This document shows, in pieces, positions 9,263-18,232 of a stretch of 64,000 bases of DNA. Each line of letters begins with the position of its first letter. Position 1 is the first letter of the stretch. This DNA comes from an uncultured Rubritepida sp. (GTDB taxonomy: Bacteria; Pseudomonadota; Alphaproteobacteria; Acetobacterales; Acetobacteraceae), in assembly GCA_964395305.1 (NCBI GenBank), contig CAYNBM010000001.1, forward strand, positions 248,402-312,401, written 5' to 3'. The notes below the pieces were generated by a model. The model saw nothing but the letters and a program-made list of their open reading frames with translations, made no database searches and was not told where the DNA came from. A program made the translations under genes and the position numbers.

Positions 9263-10249
9263 TTACTGCGCCGCGCGCCAGTCGCGGATGCGGCGCAACA
9301 AGGCTGCGTCCATGGTGCGCTCCCATTCGGCGAAAGCCGGCGCCAGGGCTTCCTGGAAGGCGGCGGTGTTGACGGTGGTGATCACCGTCATGCCGCGCCG
9401 GCGCAGCTCCTCCACGCCGCTCGCCTCATCGGCGCTGACGCGGGCGCGGTTGGCTTCCTGGGCGGCGCGGGCGGCGGTCATGAAATGCGCCCGGTCGGCG
9501 GCGGGCAGGCGCTGCACCACGCCCGGGCCGCAGATCATCACGGCCGGCGAATAGACGTGGTTGGTCATCGTCATGAAGCGCTGCACCTGATTCAGGTTGT
9601 TCGCCACGATCACCGAGATCGGGTTCTCCTGGCCATCCACCGTGCCCTGCTGCAGGGCCGGTACCAGCTCGGAGAAGGCCATCGGCGTGGGCAGCGCGCC
9701 GAGCTGAGTGAAGGCGCGGATATGCACCTGGTTTTCCATGGTGCGCACCTTCAGGCCGCGCATATCGGCCGGCGTGTTCACGTCGCGCCTGGAATTGGTG
9801 AGGTGGCGGAAGCCGTTCTCGGTCCAGATCACGCCATGCAGGCCGCGGGCGGTGAAGCGGCCGAGCACCTGCTGGCCGATCTCGCTGTCCAGCACGCCGC
9901 GGGCATGCGCCGTGTCGCGGAACAGGAAGGGCACGTCGAAGATCCGCACCTCGGGCACGAAATTGCCGACCGGGCCGGTGGAGGTGAAGGTGCAGTCGAT
10001 GGTGCCGATCTGCACGCTCTCGATCATCTCCCGCTCATTGTCGTTGCGTTGGACGACGACGCGGTAGCGGTTGGCGGTCAGCCGCTCGAAGGCCTCCTTG
10101 AAGGCGATCGGCCCGGCACCGGTGTGGCTGTTGGGCGGGAGGGCGTGGTGGATGGCGATCTGCGTCTGCGCCATGGCAGGGGCGCTGGGCAGGGCACCGA
10201 GCAGGGCTGCGAAGCCTGCCAGGACGGCGGAACGGCGAATGAGCGACAT
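9263..10249 (-). CDS. TRAP transporter substrate-binding protein (DctP family)
   Basis: ORF 9263..10249. Signal peptide MSLIRRSAVLAGFAALLGALPSAPAMAQ. About 300-aa periplasmic domain. Confidence 0.9.
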   Translation of the reverse strand: MSLIRRSAVLAGFAALLGALPSAPAMAQTQIAIHHALPPNSHTGAGPIAFKEAFERLTANRYRVVVQRNDNEREMIESVQIGTIDCTFTSTGPVGNFVPEVRIFDVPFLFRDTAHARGVLDSEIGQQVLGRFTARGLHGVIWTENGFRHLTNSRRDVNTPADMRGLKVRTMENQVHIRAFTQLGALPTPMAFSELVPALQQGTVDGQENPISVIVANNLNQVQRFMTMTNHVYSPAVMICGPGVVQRLPAADRAHFMTAARAAQEANRARVSADEASGVEELRRRGMTVITTVNTAAFQEALAPAFAEWERTMDAALLRRIRDWRAAQ

Positions 10250-10371
10250 TGGAAGTTCTCCCGGTTTTTCTGGCTTACCGATACGTTATCTCCGGGTATC
10301 AGCGCAATCCGGCTTGGTGGCGCGGGGCGGCGGGTTGCGTCATGATGGCCGCACAGATCAAGGAACCGTGC

Positions 10372-11844
10372 ATGCCGCTTCGTTGTGACCTCGTCATCCG
10401 CCACGCCACGATCGTCGATGGCACCGGCGCGCCGCGCTACCAGGGCGATGTCGCGGTGACGGGCGACAGGATCGTCGCCGTCGGCGATCTGGGGGGCATG
10501 AGCGGGACGGAAGAGGTGGATGCCCAGGGCCTCGCACTCGCCCCCGGCTTCATCGATGCCCATACCCATGACGACCGCGCCGTGCTCTGCGGCCCGGCCT
10601 GCCAGCACTGCAAGGTCAGCCAGGGCGTCACCACGGTGGTGGTGGGCAATTGCGGCGTCTCGCTGGCGCCGCTGCGGATGGACCGCCGCCCGCCGCCGCC
10701 GCTCGACCTGCTGGGCGACGAAAGCTGGTTCAACATCGGCAGCTTCGCCGAATATGGCGAGGCACTGGAAAAGCGGCCGACCAATGTGAACACCCTGGCC
10801 TTCTGCGGGCACATGTCGCTGCGGGTCGAGGCGATGGCGGGTGATGTCTATCGCGGCGCCCATGACCGCGAAATCGCCGCCATGCAGGACCGCCTGGCGG
10901 AGGCGCTGGCCCAGGGTGCCGCCGGCTTCAGCACCGGCCTCTACTACGCCCCCAATGCCCAGGCGACGACCGATGAGGTGATCGCCGTCGGCGAGGCGCT
11001 GCGGGCGCATGGCGGCATCTACATGACCCATATGCGCGACGAGGCCGACCAGGTGCTGGACAGCATCCGCGAGACGCTGCGCATCGGCCGGGAGACGGGC
11101 ACCGCGGAGAAGCCCGTCGAGGTCATCATCAGCCACCACAAATGCTCGATGCCGGAGAATTTCGGCCGCTCGCGCGAGACGCTGGCCCTGATCGACAGCC
11201 TGGGCCAGGACCAGCCCGTCGCCTTCGACGTCTACCCCTACCCCGCCGGCTCCACCGTCATGATGCCCGAGCGGCTGCGCCAGGACGTGCCGGTGCAGAT
11301 CACCTGGTCAGTGCCGCATCCCGAGCAGGCCGGCCGCGACCTCGACGATGTCGCCCGCGAATGGGGCATGACTCGCAAGGCGACGGCGGAAAAGCTGCTG
11401 CCGGCGGGCGCCATCTATTTCCAGATGGACGAGGCCGATGTGCGGCGCATCATGGCCCATCCCCGCAGCATGATCGGCTCGGACGGCATTCCGCATGACG
11501 CGGTGCCGCATCCCCGGCTCTGGGGGACCTTTCCGCGCGTGCTCGGCCATTACGTGCGCGAGGTAAAGCTGTTCAGCCTGGAGACCGCGATCCACAAGAT
11601 GACCGGCCGCACCGCCGCGGTCTTCGGCCTGGCCGATCGCGGCACCATCCGCCCTGGCCATTTCGCCGACCTCGTGCTCTTCGACCCGGCGACGGTGGCC
11701 GACCGCGCGACCTACAAGACGCCGACCCTGACATCGCTGGGTATCCACCGCGTTTGGGCCAATGGCGAGACGACACTGGACGGGACGGGCCTGACCGGCG
11801 CGGCGCCCGGCCGCTTCATCCGCAACCCGCGGCTGGCCGCATGA
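10372..11844 (+). CDS. N-acyl-D-amino-acid deacylase (D-aminoacylase, amidohydrolase superfamily)
   Basis: ORF 10249..11844 trimmed to MPLRCDLVIRHATIVDGTGAP. Contains the metal motif GFIDAHTHDD and GSDGIPH. The start could also be 10342. Confidence 0.85.
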   Translation: MPLRCDLVIRHATIVDGTGAPRYQGDVAVTGDRIVAVGDLGGMSGTEEVDAQGLALAPGFIDAHTHDDRAVLCGPACQHCKVSQGVTTVVVGNCGVSLAPLRMDRRPPPPLDLLGDESWFNIGSFAEYGEALEKRPTNVNTLAFCGHMSLRVEAMAGDVYRGAHDREIAAMQDRLAEALAQGAAGFSTGLYYAPNAQATTDEVIAVGEALRAHGGIYMTHMRDEADQVLDSIRETLRIGRETGTAEKPVEVIISHHKCSMPENFGRSRETLALIDSLGQDQPVAFDVYPYPAGSTVMMPERLRQDVPVQITWSVPHPEQAGRDLDDVAREWGMTRKATAEKLLPAGAIYFQMDEADVRRIMAHPRSMIGSDGIPHDAVPHPRLWGTFPRVLGHYVREVKLFSLETAIHKMTGRTAAVFGLADRGTIRPGHFADLVLFDPATVADRATYKTPTLTSLGIHRVWANGETTLDGTGLTGAAPGRFIRNPRLAA

Positions 11845-12278
11845 GGGAGGATGAGGGCGCGACCCGCCCCGCCACCGGGCGGCTGGCGATGCAGCCCGGC
11901 ACCTTCCGCCGGGCCACGCTGGTGGGCATCGTGCTGCTGGCGATGCTGGGCGGCGTGGCCTGGATGGTGGGGGCGAACAAGCCGCGCACCGCGATCGAGA
12001 CCTATCTCCGCCAGGGCGAGCGGGCCGGTGCGGCGGCGCTGTCGCGCGATATCGGCGAATGGGCGCCGACCGGCGCCGATGCCGGCCCCGCGGTGCAGCG
12101 GCTGACCGCCATCGGCTTCTCCTGCGCAGCACCGGCCGGCATTTCGGGCGATTGGAGCTGCGTGATGCGCGTGCCGGAGCGGGAGCGGCGGCTGACCACC
12201 ATCCAGGCCACGCTGCGGGTGCAGAATGGCGTGATGGCGGGGGTGCTGACGCAGATCACCGTGCGGAACACGCAGTAG
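11841..12278 (+). CDS. Hypothetical membrane-anchored protein
   Basis: In-frame part of ORF 11754..12278. The ATG at 11841 overlaps the deacylase stop (ATGA); an alternative start is 11889 (MQPGTFRRATLVGIVLLAMLGGVAWMV). One N-terminal TM segment. No family recognised. Confidence 0.45.
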   Translation: MREDEGATRPATGRLAMQPGTFRRATLVGIVLLAMLGGVAWMVGANKPRTAIETYLRQGERAGAAALSRDIGEWAPTGADAGPAVQRLTAIGFSCAAPAGISGDWSCVMRVPERERRLTTIQATLRVQNGVMAGVLTQITVRNTQ

Positions 12279-12338
12279 AGCATGATGCGTTGAGGCGGAA
12301 TCGCCGAAAACGTTGAATCATCTCTCAGCATGGTCCAG
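12276..12338 (+). repeat. Copy A of a stop-codon-abutting repeat (55-nt core)
   Basis: TAGAGCATGATGCGTTGAGGCGGAATCGCCGAAAACGTTGAATCATCTCTCAGCA begins on the TAG stop at 12276..12278. It matches the reverse complement of 15657..15711 at 52 of 55 positions. Confidence 0.85.
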
Positions 12339-12460
12339 CGCCGGGCGGGCAACGTGATAAACTGCGGGTTTCGGACAAATACCAGGGATTGTGGGCGCGC
12401 GGGCTCTCGCGCCCATATCTGGGGTGGCGGCACGGATGCGGCTGTCAAACAACAGCCGGC

Positions 12461-12489
12461 ATTATGGGAATTTCGGCCTAAATTGTCAA
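12461..12489 (-). promoter_or_regulatory. Candidate promoter TTGACA-N17-CATAAT on the minus strand
   Basis: Minus-strand TTGACA at 12489..12484 and CATAAT at 12466..12461, with an exact 17-nt spacer. It points into a 224-bp convergent intergenic region containing hairpins at 12440..12457 and 12393..12414. Confidence 0.3.
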
Positions 12490-12502
12490 GCCGAAACCGG
12501 CC

Positions 12503-13144
12503 TCAGCCCTTCGCCGCCTTATGCGCCGCCCATTCCGCCGCGGTGTAGCGCGGCACATCGACACGGTCGGTCGTGCGCGCATACCAGCCCCGGCCATGCA
12601 TGCGGCCAACCAGCTCCAGCTTGGGCGTGTCGATATAATTCTTTTCGGCGTCCAGCACCGCCTCGTCCTTCACATGCATGGCCAGGACCTTGCCCATCAC
12701 GATCGTGTGATGGCCGACGGGGACGAGCTGGAAGGTCTCGCATTCCAGCGCCACCGGGCTTTCGGCGATGCGCGGGGGGGCTACCTTGGTGCTGGCCAGC
12801 TTGTGCAGGCCGGCCTCGTCGAGCTCGTCGAAGCCGGGCGGGAAGTCGGTGGCCGTCACATTCATCTGCTCCAGCGCCGTGCCAGGCACCAGGCAGACCA
12901 CGAACTGGCCGGTCGCCTTGATATTGGCCAGCGTGTCCTTCGGGCTGCCCTCGGGGCGCGGGCCGCAGCCGATGGCGACCACGGCGGGGTCGTCGGAAAA
13001 GGCGTTGAAGAAGGAATAGGGTGCGGCATTGACCACACCCGCCGCATCCTGCGTCACCACCCAGGCGATGGGCCGCGGCACGATGGTGGAGACGAGCAGC
13101 TTGTAGCGCTCGCGGGCGGGCAGGGCTTCGAAGTCGAACAGCAT
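12503..13144 (-). CDS. Flavin reductase family protein
   Basis: ORF 12503..13144. N-terminus MLFDFEALPARERYKLLVSTIVPRPIAWVVT is typical of the flavin reductase-like FMN-binding domain. Confidence 0.85.
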   Translation of the reverse strand: MLFDFEALPARERYKLLVSTIVPRPIAWVVTQDAAGVVNAAPYSFFNAFSDDPAVVAIGCGPRPEGSPKDTLANIKATGQFVVCLVPGTALEQMNVTATDFPPGFDELDEAGLHKLASTKVAPPRIAESPVALECETFQLVPVGHHTIVMGKVLAMHVKDEAVLDAEKNYIDTPKLELVGRMHGRGWYARTTDRVDVPRYTAAEWAAHKAAKG

Positions 13145-13274
13145 GGCGGGGATCCTTGATCAGCGGCTTGGGCGCAATTGAACCGGCCGGGGCGATGCTG
13201 TCGAGGGGGCGGCTTCACCTTCGGTTAGCCAGGCACCTCCATAAGTCATTCTGCCCCTGGATGGAGACGTGGCG

Positions 13275-15587
13275 ATGCAGGTCTTTCGAAACCTGTCGGT
13301 CGGGAAGAAACTCGCCGTCAGTTCGCTTTTTGCGATGTTGATGCTGGGCGCGCTCGTGCTCATGGTCCGGATCGAGGCGCAGACGGCCCATGAGTCCCGC
13401 GCGATGCAGGAGGCCGCGTCGCAGGCCCAGATCGCGGCGACGGAGGCGGCGCAGCACATCATGCGCGCCAATCTGGCGCAACGCGGCGTGCTGCTGGCGC
13501 AAACCGCCGTCATCGTCGAGGTCGAGCAGCGCATCATTCTCGATGCGCTGCGCGAGGCGCGGCGCGCGACGACCGAGGCGCGCGGCCTCGCCGCCCCGGC
13601 CGAGGCGCGGGCCGGGCTCGATGCCCTGCTGCGCGACATCGACGCGCTGGGCGCCACCTTCACCGAGACCACGGCGAAGCGCGCCGAGCTCATCCAGACC
13701 CGCGACGAGCGCCTGCTGCCCCGGCTGCCGGAATTCGATCAGGCGATGGAGAGCGTGACCGCCAACCTCGCCTTCGCGCTCTCGGGCGAGGCGCTGGAGA
13801 ATGCGCGGGAGGTGCTGACAACCTATGCCAATGCGGTGAACGAGGTCAGGCTCGGCGCCAACCGCTACCTCGCCACCGCCGATGCCGCGGCCGCCACCCG
13901 CGTGCGCCGCGCCACCAGCCAGCAGCGCGTGCATCTCCGCCGGCTGGAAAGTGCGTCGCCGCGCGAGATGGCGCAGGATATCCAGCGCATGGGCGCCGTG
14001 GCCGAGGAGATCGCCCGCTCAGCAGAGGCGGTGATCGCCCTGGGCATCGCCATCGAGGCCACGCGGCGGGAACAGATCATCCCCATCCGGGACCGGGCAC
14101 AGGCCACGGTGGGGCGGGTGGTGACGGTGCTGCGCGCCGATGCGGGCCTGGCCGCGGCGCGCACCAGCCGCGCCATCACCGACATCGCGACCCAGGTGCT
14201 GATCGCAGGCGCCGCGGTGGGCGGCATGCTGCTCATCTTCGGCGCCTTCACCGCGCAGGTGGTGGGCGCGCCGCTGCGCCGCCTCGCCACGCAGGTGGCC
14301 GATATCGCCGCCGGGCGCACCCGCACCCCGATGACGGACCGCAACCGGCGCGACGAGATCGGCCGCATCGCCCTGGCACTGGAGGCGCTGCGCGGCGCGG
14401 CCCAAAAGGCCTTCGCCCAGGGCCAGATGCTGGAGCAGATGGGCAATGGCGTGATGGTGGTCGACCCGCAGGAGGGCTTCGCCATCAGCTATGTGAACCC
14501 CGAGGGCTTGGCGCTGATGCGCCTGGTCGAGGCATCGCTGCCGGCCAAGGCCGGGGCGCTGGTGGGCGTGAAGCTCGATGCCCTCAGCCGCGAGCTGGCC
14601 GCCCTGAAGCCGATGATGGCCGACCCCGCCCGCCTGCCGCAGGAGAGCCGCCTGCGGATCGGCGCCGAGAGCTTCGAGCTGAAGATCAGCGCCATTCGCG
14701 ATGATGCCGGCCATTACGTCGCCACCATGCTGATGTGGCGCCTGGTCACCCGCCAGGCCCGCCTGGCCGATGATTTCCAGGCCGAGGTCGGCAGCGTGGT
14801 GCAGGCGGTGGCGCAATCGGCCGAGCAGATGCGCCAGGGCGTGGAGACGATGGGCCAGGCCGCCGATACCGGCGGGCGGGAGGCCGATGCGGTGGCCGAG
14901 GTCTCCGCCCGCGCCGGCCATGACGTGCAGGCCGTGGCCGCTAGCGCCGAGGAGCTCGCCGCCAGCGTGGCCGAGATCACCCGTCAGGTCAGCGATGGCG
15001 CCGAGGTGGCGCGCGCGGCGGCGGAGGAGGCGCAGGCGACCGACGCCACGGTGCAGGGCCTGGTGCAGGCCGCGGCCCGGATCGGCGATGTGGTGCGGCT
15101 GATCAGCGACATCGCCGGCCAGACCAACCTCCTCGCCCTCAACGCGACGATCGAGGCCGCCCGCGCGGGCGAGGCCGGCAAGGGCTTTGCCGTGGTCGCC
15201 AGCGAGGTGAAGAGCCTGGCCAGCCAGACCGCCCGCGCCACCGAGGATATCGCCACCCAGATCAACGCCATCCGCACGACGACGGAGGATGCGGCGACCG
15301 CGCTGCGCAATATCGGCGCCACGATCGAGCGGATGAACGAGGTCACCACCGCCATCGCCGGCGCGGTGGAGGAACAGGGTGCCGCCACGCGCGAGATTGC
15401 CCGCAGCGCCTCCCAGGTGGCCGAGGGCACGGGGGCGGTGGTGCGGCGCATCGGCGATGTGCAGCGCGCGGCCGGCGCCACCGGCTCGGCCGCCAAGGGC
15501 ATGCGGCAGACTTCGGAGGCGCTGACCCAGCAGGCCAATACCCTGCGCGGCAAGGCCGACCAGTTCCTGGCCAGCATCCGCGCCTGA
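13275..15587 (+). CDS. Methyl-accepting chemotaxis protein
   Basis: ORF 13269..15587; ATG at 13275, 7 nt after GGAG. Two TM segments flank a periplasmic domain of about 290 aa, followed by HAMP and a PAS-like region. Signalling-domain core: [37 protein letters not shown]. Confidence 0.9.
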   Translation: MQVFRNLSVGKKLAVSSLFAMLMLGALVLMVRIEAQTAHESRAMQEAASQAQIAATEAAQHIMRANLAQRGVLLAQTAVIVEVEQRIILDALREARRATTEARGLAAPAEARAGLDALLRDIDALGATFTETTAKRAELIQTRDERLLPRLPEFDQAMESVTANLAFALSGEALENAREVLTTYANAVNEVRLGANRYLATADAAAATRVRRATSQQRVHLRRLESASPREMAQDIQRMGAVAEEIARSAEAVIALGIAIEATRREQIIPIRDRAQATVGRVVTVLRADAGLAAARTSRAITDIATQVLIAGAAVGGMLLIFGAFTAQVVGAPLRRLATQVADIAAGRTRTPMTDRNRRDEIGRIALALEALRGAAQKAFAQGQMLEQMGNGVMVVDPQEGFAISYVNPEGLALMRLVEASLPAKAGALVGVKLDALSRELAALKPMMADPARLPQESRLRIGAESFELKISAIRDDAGHYVATMLMWRLVTRQARLADDFQAEVGSVVQAVAQSAEQMRQGVETMGQAADTGGREADAVAEVSARAGHDVQAVAASAEELAASVAEITRQVSDGAEVARAAAEEAQATDATVQGLVQAAARIGDVVRLISDIAGQTNLLALNATIEAARAGEAGKGFAVVASEVKSLASQTARATEDIATQINAIRTTTEDAATALRNIGATIERMNEVTTAIAGAVEEQGAATREIARSASQVAEGTGAVVRRIGDVQRAAGATGSAAKGMRQTSEALTQQANTLRGKADQFLASIRA

Positions 15588-15608
15588 GAGGGCGGCGGTG
15601 GGGGTTCC

Positions 15609-15711
15609 CTAGACCATGCTGCGTTCACATGCGTTCACTGCGCATGGTCTAGCCGTTGCTGAGAGATGATTCAGCGTGTTCGGCGATTCCGCCTCAACGC
15701 ATCCTGCTCTA
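15609..15711 (-). repeat. Copy B of the stop-codon-abutting repeat, with an extra hairpin
   Basis: The reverse complement of 15657..15711 equals the copy A core and begins on the TAG stop (15709..15711) of the minus-strand dehydrogenase. An adjacent 11-bp perfect inverted repeat, CTAGACCATGC (15609..15619) / GCATGGTCTAG (15642..15652), encloses the direct repeat TGCGTTCAC x2. Confidence 0.85.
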
Positions 15712-16686
15712 AGCGACCCGATGCGGCGGCGGCAGGTCGAAGCGCAACACGCAGTCCAGGTTCTGAAGCGCGCGCTCGCCCATCGCGTCACGGGTCTCGA
15801 TGGTGGCGCTGCCGAGATGGGGCAGCAAGGCCACATTCTCCAGGCCGAGATAGCCTGGGAACACACGGGGCTCGCCATCATAGACGTCGAGGCCGGCGGC
15901 GCGGATATGGCCGGAGCGCAGCGCCACCACCAGCGCCGCGTCGTCCACGCTGCCGCCGCGGCCGGTGTTGATGACGATGCTGCCGGGCTTCATCTGCGCG
16001 AGGCGGGCGGCATCGAGCCATTTGCGCGTGCCATCGCCGCCCGGGACATGCATCGACAGCATGTCGATGCTCGCCAAGAACTTCTCGTCCGTCTCATGAA
16101 AAATCGCGCCCTGCTCCACCTCGGGCGGCAATTTCCGCAGGTCGCGATAGTGAATCTCCATGCCGAAGCCGCGCGCCATGGCGGCCAGCTTCTGCCCGAT
16201 CCGGCCGAAGCCCAGGATGCCGAGTTTCTTGCCCTCCAGCGTCACGCCCATGAGTTGGGTGGGCGCCCAGCCTTCCCACTTCCCGGCGCGAACCATGCGC
16301 TCGCCCTCGCCGGCGCGGCGGGCAGCCATCAGCAGCAGGGTGAAGGCGCATTCGGCGGTGGCGAAGCTCAGCACCTCGGGCGTGTTGGTGACAATGATGC
16401 CGCGCGCCTTCGCGGCCGCCACATCCACATGGTCGTAGCCGACGGAGAAGGTGGTGACGATCTTCACGCTCTCCGGCAGCGCTGCGAAGGCCGCGGCATT
16501 CATCGGATCGCCGGCGGCGATCAGCACGCCATCGGCCTTCGCCTCGGTGGCACGGCGGGCGATCTCCATTCCGTCGCGGAACCAGGGCATGTCATCGGGG
16601 TTGAGCCGCGCGTCATAATCCCGCGCGGCGCGGGCCTCGATCCCCGCAGGCAGCTTGCGGGTGACGAGCAGGATGGGCTTGGACAT
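15709..16686 (-). CDS. D-isomer-specific 2-hydroxyacid dehydrogenase (glyoxylate/hydroxypyruvate reductase-like)
   Basis: ORF 15709..16686. NAD motif LGILGFGRIGQ, then NTGRGGSVD and LLPHLGSAT. Confidence 0.9.
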   Translation of the reverse strand: MSKPILLVTRKLPAGIEARAARDYDARLNPDDMPWFRDGMEIARRATEAKADGVLIAAGDPMNAAAFAALPESVKIVTTFSVGYDHVDVAAAKARGIIVTNTPEVLSFATAECAFTLLLMAARRAGEGERMVRAGKWEGWAPTQLMGVTLEGKKLGILGFGRIGQKLAAMARGFGMEIHYRDLRKLPPEVEQGAIFHETDEKFLASIDMLSMHVPGGDGTRKWLDAARLAQMKPGSIVINTGRGGSVDDAALVVALRSGHIRAAGLDVYDGEPRVFPGYLGLENVALLPHLGSATIETRDAMGERALQNLDCVLRFDLPPPHRVA

Positions 16687-16723
16687 GCGGCATTTCCCTG
16701 GCGGCAGTGAACCTGCCGCGGGT

Positions 16724-17248
16724 TTAGCGCATTTCGATCAGCACGCCATCCGCACCGATCTGGGCGGCAAGACCGGTCCGCCTCGGGTTGAGCCGCAGCC
16801 GCACGCCGGCGGTGTTCTGCAGCCATAGGATACCACCGAGCTGCGCGCCGGGCGCCACGACGCCGGTGCGGGCCTGGGCATAGACACCCGGAAACTGGCT
16901 GACATCGCGCATGTCGAAGACATCGCCGGTGGCGCGCACGCGGGCCACGCCCACGCCGCCCACCCCGGCCGCGCGCACCCGGAAGGGCAGGCGCCGGCCG
17001 CGATAGATCAGCACGCCATTGCCCCAGGCGACCTGGCCGACGAAGCCGAGCTGCCAGTTGTTGATCTCGATGCGCGCATCCGGCCGGGTGCCCGGTGCCG
17101 GCTCGGCGGGCGCGGGCGCGACAGGCGGCGTCGCGGCCGAGGTGGCCGGGCCGGTCGCCGGCGGAGCCGCCGTTTCCGAAGCGCAGGCCGCCAGCAGGAG
17201 GGCGGGGCTGGCCAGCAGGAAATGGCGGCGGGCGGGGATGATGGACAT
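16724..17248 (-). CDS. Hypothetical lipoprotein
   Basis: ORF 16724..17371 trimmed to MSIIPARRHFLLASPALLLAACASE (lipobox LLAAC). Gly-rich, beta-rich C-terminal domain. No family confidently recognised. Confidence 0.55.
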   Translation of the reverse strand: MSIIPARRHFLLASPALLLAACASETAAPPATGPATSAATPPVAPAPAEPAPGTRPDARIEINNWQLGFVGQVAWGNGVLIYRGRRLPFRVRAAGVGGVGVARVRATGDVFDMRDVSQFPGVYAQARTGVVAPGAQLGGILWLQNTAGVRLRLNPRRTGLAAQIGADGVLIEMR

Positions 17249-17440
17249 GGGCTGCGCTCCGGGCGCGGGAGCCTGTCGCGCCCGCTTCTTTGCCAAACGA
17301 TGGTAGGCTAGCGCAGGCCGATGCGCGATGGAAATGCACCGGGCGTCCCAGGGTTTCTCGCCATGTCCCATCGCCTGGGTTGCCAGCCCCGGATGGGTGC
17401 TGGATTGTCACGCCCGACCGATGACATGGGGATTGAGACG

Positions 17441-18229
17441 ATGGATCTGGGTTTGCAGGGCAAGCGCGCGCTGGTGATGGGGGCCTCCAAGGGGCTGGGA
17501 CGCAGCGTGGCCGATGCGCTGGCGCGGGAGGGCTGCCATCTCGTGATCAGCGGCCGCAGCCAGGAGAGCCTGGATGCGGCGGCGGCGCAGTTGCGCGCAC
17601 TCGGCGCGGCCAGTGCCACCGGCATCCCCGCCGATGTCGCCAACAACGCCGACATGGACAGGCTGGCCGATGGCGCCGTGGCGGCCATGGGCGGCGTGGA
17701 CATCCTCATCCTCAACCATGGCGGCCCGCCGCCGGGCACGGCGCTGGAGCTGGATGAGGCACTGCTGGCGCCGTGGTTTCAGCGCATCGTGCTCGCCCCC
17801 ATCCACATCACGAAGAAACTCCTCCCCGGGATGCGGGCGCAAAAATTCGGCCGGATCATCAATATCGGCAGCACGGGCATGCAGCAGCCCATCCCCAACC
17901 TGGTGCTGAGCAACACGCTGCGCGCCTCGATCATGGGCTACCTGAAGACGCTTTCCACCGAGGTGGCGGGCGAGGGTGTCACCGTGAACATCGTGGCCCC
18001 CGGCGCCATCCGCACCGATCGCAGCCTGGAAACCGCGGCGAGCCTCGCCAGCAAGACCGGCAAGAGCATCGATGAGGTGATCGCCGATCGCAGCAAGACC
18101 ATCCCCGCGCTCCGCTATGGCGAGCCGGATGAATATGGCCCGCTGGTCGCGTTCCTGTGCGGCGTGCCCGCCGCCTACATCACCGGCGAGATCATGCGCG
18201 CCGATGGCGGCATGGTGCGTGGTTTCTGA
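17441..18229 (+). CDS. SDR-family oxidoreductase, atypical (no YxxxK)
   Basis: ORF 17321..18229 trimmed to MDLGLQGKRALVMGASKGLG. Carries NHGGPP. The active-site position reads LSNTLR, where classical SDRs have YxxxK. Confidence 0.85.
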   Translation: MDLGLQGKRALVMGASKGLGRSVADALAREGCHLVISGRSQESLDAAAAQLRALGAASATGIPADVANNADMDRLADGAVAAMGGVDILILNHGGPPPGTALELDEALLAPWFQRIVLAPIHITKKLLPGMRAQKFGRIINIGSTGMQQPIPNLVLSNTLRASIMGYLKTLSTEVAGEGVTVNIVAPGAIRTDRSLETAASLASKTGKSIDEVIADRSKTIPALRYGEPDEYGPLVAFLCGVPAAYITGEIMRADGGMVRGF

Positions 18230-18232
18230 TCG

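Noticed and set aside
10280-10299. Short dyads GATA-CGT-TATC and GATAC...GTATC in the TRAP/deacylase divergent region, considered as a possible operator.
   Set aside because: The arms are only 4 to 5 bp, no regulator gene is adjacent, and dyads of this size are expected by chance.
15620-15638. Direct repeat TGCGTTCAC x2, considered as a possible mini CRISPR or tandem array.
   Set aside because: There are only two 9-nt units, and they sit inside a hairpin loop. No spacer-repeat periodicity was noticed on reading the window.
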